Source of the DNA: Mantamonas sphyraenae STR306
Lineage: Eukaryota > Protista > CRuMs
Length of the DNA stretch: 64,000 nucleotides
Reading direction: 5' to 3'
Assembly: GCA_026936335.1 (NCBI GenBank)
Contig: JAPMXV010000070.1
Span: 1-64,000, forward strand
Below the pieces are notes generated by a model. That model searched no databases. It was not told the origin of the DNA and was given only the letters and a program-made list of their open reading frames with translations. The translations under genes were made by a program, and so were the position numbers. Shown here in pieces: positions 1 through 10,310 of this stretch (position 1 is its first letter; each line of letters opens with the position of its first letter).

Positions 1-166
1 CTAACCCTAACCCTAACCCTAACCCTAACCCTAACCCTAACCCTAACCCTAACCCTAACCCTAACCCTAACCCTAACCCTAACCCTAACCCTAACCCTAA
101 CCCTAACCCTAACCCTAACCCTAACCCTAACCCTAACCCTAACCCTAACCCTAATTCTAACCCCAA
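1..166. repeat. Telomere, (CCCTAA)n = TTAGGG type, left chromosome end
   Basis: CTAA plus 25 perfect CCCTAA units to 154, then degenerate TTCTAA and CCCCAA before unique sequence. Confidence 0.99.
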
Positions 167-435
167 ATGGGATGATGTTCTGTTATATATGATGAGTCCG
201 GTCTATGTTGTGTGAGTTGTGCTTGTGTCTGGTGGCGGGGTGGCTGAGTTGTGTGGTGACATGGGGCGGTGGGCAATGGGTGGGAGTGAAAATGTTGCTG
301 GTGAGTTGCCGTCGTCCTGCAACGCCACGCAGTCAGCACTGCCCTTCCGCCTTCAACCAAATTATCACCAACACCCACAACTCCCTCCACCTGTCCAACA
401 CAATCCACATACACTCCAGCACCACCACCACCATC

Positions 436-3400
436 ATGGACAAAGACTACTCAAGCACTCCGAAGCAACAACACACATCCAACACCTACCCAGCGTGCGT
501 TCTGCATTTCACTCCGTTTTCAGACTGCCCGCTTCTCCCGCTTCAATGCCTCCTCCATGCCTCCGTCGCTTCCCTGCACTCCTCCCCTGCATCTCCACTT
601 TCCCATCACCACCGCTGCTGCCTTCTCCGCTGTTCTCCGATCCCCTCTCCCCTGTCACTCCCCTCTCCGTTGCCAGTTTCCCGGTCTGCCAATCTCCTCC
701 CGTTTTCCCTCTTTGCTCGTTCCAGCCTCCCTTCACCCCCGCTTCTGCCCTGACGGCGTCAATTCCGTCTTCCGCTCACCGTTTCCACCCCGCCCGTCCC
801 CTTCCCCGTCTCCCCACAGCTACGCGTACATGGTCGCTCCCATGGCTGCCCAGCCATTTCCGAACATGCTGCCCGTCTCTGGCGTACAAAACCCGTACCA
901 GCACCCACAACCACCCATCATCTGGGTGCCTGTCAACACCTACCCGCAGCAAAACCACGCATATGCTCATCAGGGCCATCCATACTACGCCTACCCTCCT
1001 CCGCCGCCTCCGCAGCCGCGACAAACTGCCCAGGTGCACTTCGCTCAGCCTCCGTCGCACCCTCCGCCTGCTCAACCCACCACAAACCACAACCGCGTCC
1101 CCAAACGCGTCAGCCCTGCCTTTGTCGGCATCACACAGACCACATCCACCACCACATCGTCGTTCTCCTCCCTCCAGACCACACGGCAGACTGGAGACAG
1201 CGACGACAACGACGCAGACCAGGACATGCACACACATGACACCGGCGACGTGGAGGACCTGATGTTCCTGAACTTTGGCCACCTTGAACCACGGTCGCCC
1301 TCCAGCAACTCAGAGTGGATAACCGCCTCATGGATAGAGGCGTACGAAGAAGACGATTTGGCAAACGACGCAACCCAGCAGCCCGTGGTCGACGAGTTGG
1401 AAACTGGGGGTTCATTCAGCTTCGCAGACACTGGCGATGCCATGGATGAGGAGTACATGCCGCAAGACGACAGCGACGACGAAACAGACGACATAGAGCA
1501 GGAGGACACGGACGATTGGCAGCCGAGACGCACACGTAGAGGCCATAGACGACGCAGAGGCAACGCCAGCCGACGTACTGGTCCACAAACGATGAAAGGC
1601 AGCGGACAGCGCAGGCGAAAAGTCACGGCTGGAAGTGGCACAGAGACAGGAACATCGAGCACACGGGCAAGGAGGGCCAGGAACGGAGACACCGACGCAC
1701 GGAAGAAAGCAGGCGTGGACAAGACGAACAAGTTGCCAGATGGTGTTGTGCGCAAAGGGTGGACAGCGGGAATCAGCGACGAGCGCAGCCGCAGCAACAA
1801 GAAGGAGCACGTGGCACTCCTGAACCACATGCACACCCTGGCCAACGAGCATCCCATCGACAACATCCTCGACCTCATGTCCCTGCAGGCGCGCGTTGTG
1901 GTCTGCCATGGCACCTTGACCATGCTGGTCCGACAGATCCTGCTCGCTCTGTACAACATTCCCCTCTCCCAGGGCGACATGGCCTTCTGTCTCATCCTTC
2001 TGGGCCATGACGTGGATCAACAGGCGTGCAGTGATGCCATCAAGAACGCTGGTCTGGCCATGGGTGTGACAAAGGCTGGGTTGAAGGTGTGCTGGCTGGA
2101 GGAGCCACACGACCACGGCGACCCCAACTACGCCCTCCTCCACCTACTCATGACAGAGATGGACACTCTCGGCGACAGAACCCATGCCACCACCTGGAAG
2201 GAGCACAAGCAGACCCAACTGTGGCTGCAGGGAGCACGACGCCCTGCTGACAACGACAGCGACCCACACTGGACACAATGCGATTACGACCACCACCTCA
2301 CCACCACCAAGGTGGAACAGTGGGAACCAGAGTCTATGCGCAATGGTTGGGCAGCACATAGAACAACCGACGAGCGTGGCAGCTGCACGGCGCGGGAGTT
2401 CCAGACGCTCATGGCACACATGAAGGCACGCGCAGCCAAGCACCCTCGCCATCAGCACACACACGAGCACCAGGCACTGCGTGAGCTGATCAACAACGGC
2501 AACCTGATGTCTCTGGTGCGACACATCATCCTGGCGCTGGGCAACGTTGGCGTGCCGCCTGTCGACCTGGCCTTCTTTGTCCGCCTCCTCAGGCCACAAC
2601 TTACCTACAAGAAGGTTCAACAGGCCATCAGCCTCAACCTCACCCGCGGTGTCACCTCCCTCTCCCTCAAGATCGCCTGGCTCGACAACCCCAAACCCAG
2701 CGACGCCACACTGCACACCCTCCTCCACACCCTCATCGACCGCATCACACCGCACATCACCACCAGACCCACCACCACCGACGCCGTCAACGCCATCGAT
2801 ATCACCGAGCTCGTTCTGCCCGAGCCCACAGAGGAGGAGAAGATGGCCGTGGAGGATGGACTGCCAGATGGCGTTGTGCGCAGTGGCTGGACGTCCTGGC
2901 GCAAGAGCGAGCGCACCCACAGCAACAAGAAGGAGCACGTGGCACTCCTGAACCACATGCACACCCTGGCCAATGAGCATCCCATCGACGACATCCCAGA
3001 TCTCATGACCCTGCAGGCGCGTGTTGTGGTCTGCCATGGCACCCTGAACACGCTTGTCCGACAGATTCAGCTCGCTCTGGGCAACATTTCCCTCTCCCAG
3101 GGAGACATGGCATTCTGCCTCACCCTTCTCGGCCGAGACATGGATCGACATGCGTGCATCGTTGCCATCACCAAGGCTGGTCTGGCCATGGGTGTGACAA
3201 AGGCCGGGTTGAAGGTATGCTGGCTGGAGGAGCCACACGACCACGGCGACCCCAACTACGCTCTCCTCAACCTGCTCATGACCGAGATGGACACTTTCGG
3301 CGACAGACCCCATCCCACCACCTGGAAGGAGCACAAACAGACCCAGCTGTGGCTGCAGGAAGCACGACGCCCTGCTGACAACGAAAGCGACCCGCACTGG

Positions 3401-4012
3401 ACACAATGCGACTACGACAACCATCTCACCACAACCAAGGTGGACAAGTGGCACCCTGAGTCAGTGCGCAATAGCTGGAGCACACACCTGCACAACGACG
3501 AACGAGGCAGCTGCACGGCACGGGAGTTCCAGACGCTGCTGGCACACATGAAGGCACGCGCAGCCAAGCACCCTCGCCATCAGCACGCACACGAGCTCCA
3601 GGAACTGCGTGAGCTGATCAACAACGGCAGCCTGAAGTCCCTGGTCCGACACATCATCCTGGCGTTGGGCAACGTTGGCGTGCCGCCTGTCGACTTGGCC
3701 TTCTTTGTCCGTCTCCTCAGACCACGTCTCACCTACCAGCAGGTTCAAGGTGCCATCAGCGCCACCCTCACCCGCGGCGTCACCTCCCTCTCCCTCAAGA
3801 TCACCTGGCTCGACAAACCCAAACCCAGCGACGCCACACTGCACACCCTCCTCCACACCCTCATCGACTGCATCACACCCCACATCACCACCCGACCCAC
3901 CACCGTCGCACTCGTCAACGCCTACCCCATCCCCTCCTTCACCCTCCCCAAGCGCAAAGACCTTTCCTCCTCCTCCTCCTCCTCCTCCTCCAAACGCCAT
4001 CGCCTCGAATGA
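436..4012 (+). CDS. Subtelomeric repeat-module protein, copy 1 (exons 436-494, 820-4012; ~1083 aa; modules ABAB)
   Basis: ATG in CACCATCATG context. Phase-2 intron 495-819 (GTGCGT...CTGAC...CCCCACAG) joins MDKDYSS...TYPA in frame to YAYMVAPM of the 1151-aa ORF. The same intron is conserved in copy 2. Ends [21 protein letters not shown]. Confidence 0.85.
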
Positions 4013-4046
4013 ACCACCCTTTCATTCTCACACCCTCCTCACTCAT

Positions 4047-4210
4047 TCACCTCCCCATCCACTCCACCACACTCTCCATCACCTCATCCGGGAGTGTCAC
4101 CCACCCTTCCGACCCTCCCTTCTCCACATACGCCTCCATCCCACCACACCCAAACATCGCCTCCCCCTCTTCCCCATTCATCACCAACCCCGTCTCTTTA
4201 GCCTCGTCCC
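4047..4210 (-). pseudogene. Relic 3' end of an ankyrin-type gene with F-box/SOCS-like tail, paralogous to 17186-18142
   Basis: LVMNGEEGEAMFGCGGMEAYVEKGGSEGWVTLPDEVMESVVEW vs LVMNAEEREVMFECGGMEGYVEERGWEGWVTLPDEVMERVVGW at ~17200-17335; nucleotide similarity is also visible. Confidence 0.8.
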
Positions 4211-4314
4211 CCTGTGCACCCCACCCATCATTCAACCACAGTATCGCCAACACCCACAACACCCTCCACTAGTCCAACACAATCCACATACACTCCAGCA
4301 CCATCACCACCATC

Positions 4315-7300
4315 ATGGACAAGGACCACTTAAGCAATCCGAAGCAACAACACACATCCAACACCTACCCAGCGTGCGTTCTGCCTTCCACTCCGTTTTC
4401 TGGCTGCCCGCTGCTCCCGCTTCCATGCCTCCTCCATGCCTCTGTCGCTCCTGCACTCCTCCCCCGCATCTCCACTTCCCCATCACCACCGCCGCTGCCA
4501 CCTCCGCTCTTCTCCGAACCCCTCTCCCCTGTCACTGCCCTCCCCGTTGCCAGTTTCCCGGTCTGCCAATCTCCTCCGTTTCCCCTCTCTGCTCGTTCCA
4601 GCCTCCCTTCGTCCCGCTTCTGCTCTAACGGCGTCCATGCCGTCTTCCGCTCACCGTTCCTACCCCACCATGCCCCTGCCCGTCTCCCCACAGCTACGCG
4701 TACATGGTCCCTCCCATGGCTGCCCAGCCGTTTCCGAACATGCTGCCCGTTTCTGGCGTACAAAACCCGTACCAGCATCCACAACCACCCATCATCTGGG
4801 TCCCTGTCAACACCTACTCTCAGCAGCACCACGCATATGCTCATCAGGGCCACCCATACTACGCCTACCCTCCTCCGCCGCCTCCTCAGCCGCGACAAAC
4901 CGCCCAGATGCACTTCGCTCAGGCTCCGTTCCACCCTCCGTCCGCTCAACCCGCCACAAACCACAACCGCGTTCCCAAACGTGTCAGTCCTGCCTTTGTC
5001 GATATCACACGGACCACATCCACCACCACATCGTCGTCCTCCTCCCACCAGGCCACACGGCGGACTGGAGACAGCGACGACGACGACGCAGACCAGGACA
5101 CACACACACATGACACCAGCGACGTGGAAGACCTGATGTTCCTGAACTTTGGCCACCGTGAACCACGGTCAACCTCCAGCAACTCAGAGTGGATGACCAG
5201 CTCAGGGATGGAGGCGTACGAAGAAGACGGCGAGGCAAACGACGCAACCCAGCAGCACGTGGACGACGAGGTGGAAACTCAGGGCACACTCAGCTTTGCG
5301 TACACTGATGATGCCATGGATGAGGAGTACATGCCGCAAGGTGACAGCGACGACGACACAGACGACATTGAACAAGAGGACGCGGACGAATGGCAGCCGA
5401 GACGCACAAGAGGAGGCCACACGCGACGATGCAGGTGCCACACCAGCCGACGCACCGGTCCACAAAAGATGAAAGGCAGCGGACAGGGCTGGCGCAGGGT
5501 CACGGCTGGCAGTGGCACAGAGACAGGAACGTCGAGCTCACGGGCAAGGAGGGCCAAGAACGGAGACACCGGCGCACGGAAGAAAGCAGGCGTGAAGTTG
5601 CCAGATGGCGTTGTGCGCAAAGGATGGTCGCGGAACTGGCGCAGTGACGAGCGCAGCCACAGAAACAAGAAGGAACACACGGTACTGCTGAAACACATGC
5701 ACACTCTGGCCAGCGAGTATCCCATAGACAACGTCCCCGACCTCATGACCCTGCAGGCGCGTGTTGTGGTCTGCCATGGCACCCTGTTGACGCTGGTCCG
5801 ACAGATTCAGCTCTCTCTGGGCAACATTCCCCTCTCCCAGGGCGACATGGCCTTCTGCCTCACCCTTCTCGGCCGTGACATGGATCAACGTGTGTGCGGT
5901 GTAACCATCCTCAACGCTGGTCTGGCCACGGGTGTGACAAAGTCTGGGTTGAAGGTGTGTTGGTTGGAGGAGCCACACAACCATGGCGACCCCAACTACG
6001 CCCTCCTCCACCTTCTCATGACAGAGATGGACAGTCTCGGCAGCAGGACCTATCCCACCACCTGGAAGGAGCACAAGGAGACCCAGCTGTGGCTGCAGAA
6101 AGCACGACGCCCTGCTGACAACGACAGCGACCCACACTGGACACAATGCGACTACGACCACCATCTCACCACTACCGAGTTGGACAAGTGGCATCCCGAG
6201 CCTGCGCGAAGTGGCTGGGCATCGCACACTACCAACGACGAACGTGGCAGCTGCACGGCGCGGGAGTTCCAGACCCTGCTGGCACACATGAAGGCACGCG
6301 CAGCCAAGCACCCTCGCCATCAGCACACACACGAGCACCAGGCACTGCGTGAGCTGATCAACAACGGCGACCTGCTCTCCCTGCTGCGACACATCATCCT
6401 GGCGCTGGGCAACGTTGGCATGCCCCCTGTCGACTTGGCCTTCTTTGTCCGCCTCCTGAGGCCACACATCACCTACAAGCAGGTGAAAAGCGCCATCAGT
6501 TCCACCCTCAGCCGCGTTGTCACCTCCCTCTCCCTCAAGATCGCCTGGCTCGACAACCCCAAACCCAGCGACGCCACACTGCACACCCTCCTCCACACCC
6601 TCATCGACCGCATCACACCCCACATCTCCACCCGCCCCACCACCATCGATGCCGTGATCACCCTCGACATCCCCGAGATTATTCTCCCTGAGCCCACAGG
6701 GGAGGAGATGATGGCCGAGGAGGATGGACCGCCAGATGGAGTTGTGCGCAGTGGCTGGACATTCTGGCGCAAGAGCGAGCGCATGCACAGCAACAAGAAG
6801 GAGCACACGGCACTGCTGAACCACATGCACACCCTGGTCAACGAGCATCCCATCGACGACATCTCCGACCACATGAACCTGCAGGCGCGTGTTGTGGTCT
6901 GCCATGGCACCGTGACCACACTCGTCCGACAGATTCAGCTCGCTCTGGGCAACATTCCCCTCTCCCAGGGCGACATGGCCTTCTGCCTCACCCTTCTCGG
7001 CCGTGACATGGATCAACATGCGTGCAGCGTTGCCATTCTCAACGCTGGTCTGGCCATGGGTGTGACAAAGGCTGGGTTGAAGGTGTGCTGGCTGCTGAGG
7101 AGCCACACGACCACGGCGACCCCAACTACGCCCTCCTCCACCTGCTCATGACAGAGATGGACCGTCTCGGCGACAGGCCCCATCCCACCACCTGGAAGCA
7201 GCACGAGCAGACCCAGCTGTCGCTGCAGAAAGCACGACGCCCTGCTGACAACGACAGCGACCCACACTGGACTCAATGCGACTACGACCATCACCTTGCC

Positions 7301-7894
7301 ACCACCACGGTGGAAAAGTGGGAACCAGAGTCTGTGCGCAGTGGCTGGAGCAAGTCCCGGGGTGACGCGACCGACGAGCGTGGCAGCTGCACGGCGCGGG
7401 AGTTCCAGACGCTGCTGGCACACATGAAGGCACGCGCAGCCAAGTACCCACGCCATCAGCATGCACACGAGCACCATGCACTGCATGAGCTGATCCGCAA
7501 CGGCAGCAAGCTGTCCCTGGTGCGACACACCATCCTTGCGCTGGGCAATGTTGGCGTGCCGCCTGTCGACCTGGCCGTCTTTGTACGCCTCCTCAGGCCA
7601 CGCCTCACCTACCAGCAGGTTTCCAACGCCATCAGCAACACCCTCAATCGTGGTGTTACCTCTCTCTCCCTCAAGATCGCCTGGCTCGACAAACCCACCG
7701 ACGCCACACTGCACACCCTCCTCCACACCCTCATCGACCGCATCACACCCCACATCACCACACGCCCTACCACAGTCGCACTGGTCAACGCCTACCCCAT
7801 CCCCTCCTTCACCCTCCCCAAGCGCAAAGACCCTTCCTCTTCCTCCTCCTCCTCCTCCTCCCCCTCTTCCTCCAAACGCCAACGCCTGGAGTAA
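4315..7894 (+). pseudogene. Subtelomeric repeat-module protein, copy 2 (exons 4315-4373, 4694-7894; ABAB) with a 2-nt frameshift at 7095-7096
   Basis: Intron 4374-4693 matches copy 1. The family sequence TGCTGGCTG-GAGGAGCC reads TGCTGGCTG-CT-GAGGAGCC here, splitting the gene into ORFs 4704-7151 and 7022-7894. It could be an intact gene with an assembly error. Confidence 0.75.
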
Positions 7895-8244
7895 CACTCA
7901 CCCCTATCACACGCACCTTTGTCCTCAGTGGCGTGTGCGAAATTCCACTCACCCTCACCTGCCCAACCAACGTTTCCAACAACAACTTCTCACCATTCAC
8001 AGCAACACCAGTTCCCCCTTCCGCTCATACCATCCCTACCCCGTGTAAGTAACCTCCCATGTTTCGCATCTCCGGTTCCGTCAACCGTCCTTTGCACACA
8101 CTTGTCGCTCCATCCGCCTTCAAAGGTCCCTCTTTGCGCCCAACCGTCCACGCTATGCTGACCATCCTCCAACCTTCACGCACATGCATCATTACACGCC
8201 CACCCCAACCTATCACCTATCGTGTTCCACTCAGTTTCGGTCCA

Positions 8245-10065
8245 ATGAACCTGCAACGAGGCTACATTCCTCAGCAATATCTTTCCCCACCCGGCTACGC
8301 ATATCCACAGAACTCCATGCAGTCCTTTGTGTGGGTTCCTGTTCTGTTACACTATCCGAACCGCCTTCACACATCCAACACCACTCCTCCCCCGCCGCCT
8401 CCGCCTGCTGCGCCCAGCAACGTATCTAGCCATTCCTCCGAACACGAGCCTGGAACGCTTTATGTGGACACCACACAACCCGCAAGGCGCTTCTACCGCT
8501 TCCACGACACCGATTGGATGACTCAGGATGACGTGCTCCGGTATGTCGAGGCGAGCGACGAGGCCTGGGCTCAGCCCGTCTCGCAAGACCACACAGCCAC
8601 GACCACAACCTCAACAACCACCATAGATGGGGATTCCGTACCTGGGGACAATAGCGATGACGACACAGACGACATGGAGCAGGAGAACATGGATGAACAG
8701 TCGCTGCCCAAACGAATCAGTCGCCGCACACGACAGAGGGGCCGCAGCGGATGTCGCTCTGGGACACAAAGCAGCACATGGAATGGAAAGCACGGGCACA
8801 GGGTCACGGCTGGCAGTGGCACCGAGACAGGAACGTCGAGCACACGGGCAAGGAGGGCCAAGAACGGAAACAACGGTGCAAGGAAGAAACCAGGCGTCAA
8901 CAAGAAGAACAAGTTGCCAGATGGCGTTGTGCGCAAAGGGTGGACATGGGGGTACAGTGACGAGCGCAGCCACAGAAACAAGAAGGAGCACACGGCACTG
9001 CTGAACCACATGCACACCCTGGCCAACGAGCATCCCATCGACAACATCCCCGACCTCATGACCCTGCAGGCGCGTGTTATGGTCTGCCATGGCACTACGA
9101 CCACGCTTGTCCGACAGATTCTGCTCGCTCTGGGCAACATTCCCCTTTCCCAGGGCGACATGGCCCTCTGTCTCACCCTCCTCGGCCGTGCAATGGATCA
9201 ACAGGCGTGCAGCAGTGTCATCCGCGACGCTGGTCTGGCCATTGGTGTGACAAAGGCTGGGTTGAAGGTGTGCTGGCTGGAGGAGCCACACGACCACGGC
9301 GACCCCAACTACGCCCTCCTCCACCTCCTCATGACAGAGATGGACACTCTCGGCAGCAGAGTCCATCCCACCACCTGGAAGGAGCACAAGCAGACCCAGC
9401 TGAGGCTGCAGGAAGCACGACGCCCTGCTGACAACGACAGCGACCCATACTGGACACAATATGACTACGACCACCACCTCAACACCACCGAGGTGGAAAA
9501 GTGGCACCCTGAGACTGTGCGCAGTGGCTGGGCATCGCACTCTCCCAGCGACGAACGTGGCAGCTGCACGGCGCGGGAGTTCCAGACGCTGCTGGCACAC
9601 ATGAAGGCACGCGCAGCCAAGCACCCTCGCCATATCCACACACACGAGCACCATGCACTGCGTGAGCTGATCAACAACGGCAGCCTGCAGTCCCTGCTGC
9701 GACACATCATCCTGGCGCTGGGCAACGTTGGCGTGCCGCCTGTCGACCTGGCCTTCTTTGTCCGCCTCCTCAGGCCACGTCTCACCTACCAACAGGTGCA
9801 AAGTGCCATCGGCCTCATCCTCACCCGCGGCGTCACCTCCCTCTCCCTCAAGATCGCCTGGCTCGACAAACCCCAACCCAGCGACGCCACGCTGCACACC
9901 CTCCTGCACACCCTCATCGACCGCATCACACCCCACATCACCACCCGTCCCACTACCACCGCACTCGTCAACGTCTACCCCATCCCCTCCTTCACCCTCC
10001 CCAAGCGCAAACACCCTTCCTCCTCCTCCTCCTCCTCCTCCTCCAAACGCCAACGCCTTGAATGA
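8245..10065 (+). CDS. Subtelomeric repeat-module protein, copy 3 (single AB unit, diverged N-terminus; ~606 aa from first ATG)
   Basis: Part of ORF 8059-10065. Upstream phase-2 intron 8045-8234 (GTAAGT...GCTGAC...ACTCAG) lies at the position equivalent to copies 1 and 2. Shares WVPV, W(M/I)T, DDxDDxEQE, VTAGSGTETGTSS and the KRQRLE tail. Confidence 0.8.
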   Translation: MNLQRGYIPQQYLSPPGYAYPQNSMQSFVWVPVLLHYPNRLHTSNTTPPPPPPPAAPSNVSSHSSEHEPGTLYVDTTQPARRFYRFHDTDWMTQDDVLRYVEASDEAWAQPVSQDHTATTTTSTTTIDGDSVPGDNSDDDTDDMEQENMDEQSLPKRISRRTRQRGRSGCRSGTQSSTWNGKHGHRVTAGSGTETGTSSTRARRAKNGNNGARKKPGVNKKNKLPDGVVRKGWTWGYSDERSHRNKKEHTALLNHMHTLANEHPIDNIPDLMTLQARVMVCHGTTTTLVRQILLALGNIPLSQGDMALCLTLLGRAMDQQACSSVIRDAGLAIGVTKAGLKVCWLEEPHDHGDPNYALLHLLMTEMDTLGSRVHPTTWKEHKQTQLRLQEARRPADNDSDPYWTQYDYDHHLNTTEVEKWHPETVRSGWASHSPSDERGSCTAREFQTLLAHMKARAAKHPRHIHTHEHHALRELINNGSLQSLLRHIILALGNVGVPPVDLAFFVRLLRPRLTYQQVQSAIGLILTRGVTSLSLKIAWLDKPQPSDATLHTLLHTLIDRITPHITTRPTTTALVNVYPIPSFTLPKRKHPSSSSSSSSSKRQRLE

Positions 10066-10310
10066 AGTCCATTGCCGCTTACTATCCAAACTCTCCTCCC
10101 AAGCGTTTTTGAATGCTCCTCCGTCAGACAGTGCCGACAAGGTCCACTTGCAGCATTCTCCACTCTGTTCAAGACGCTCTCAAATGCAATCAACCTTGTT
10201 GTCGTCGTTGTTGTTGTTTGTTGTTGTTGGTTGTGTGGGGAGGAGTCTCAACCTCCCCGGGTTCGTCCTTTGCGATTCATTCTCAATCCCTGTACACTCT
10301 CTCTTCAGCC

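Larger units (their letters stand above)
352..10065 (+). repeat. Subtelomeric array of three paralogous genes; units 1 and 2 are ~3.88 kb apart, internal AB module period 1128 nt
   Basis: 352-4012 aligns with 4231-7894 including upstream region and intron. About 8800-10065 aligns with the basic linker plus one AB unit. Module starts: A 1733, 2861, 5598, 6729, 8914; B 2321, 3449, 6189, 7319, 9502. Confidence 0.95.

Noticed and set aside
557-819. N-terminal extension of the 1151-aa ORF (and overlapping ORFs 205-753, 219-1262, 4315-5136)
   Set aside because: Explained by read-through of intron 495-819 (and 4374-4693) in C-rich, stop-poor sequence.
352-10065. Telomere-associated retrotransposon or DNA transposon array
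   Set aside because: No RT, endonuclease, gag zinc knuckle, DDE or helicase motifs; no poly(A) tails, LTRs or TIRs seen; copies retain a spliceosomal intron.
1733-10065. Diversity-generating retroelement behind the hypervariable patches
   Set aside because: Changes are not adenine-restricted and include indels; no template repeat or RT in the window.
10066-10200. Possible second gene relic after copy 3 (minus strand IAFESVLNRVENAASG / LSALSDGGAFKNAWEE)
   Set aside because: Short, needs a frameshift and has no paralogue in the window; cannot be supported.
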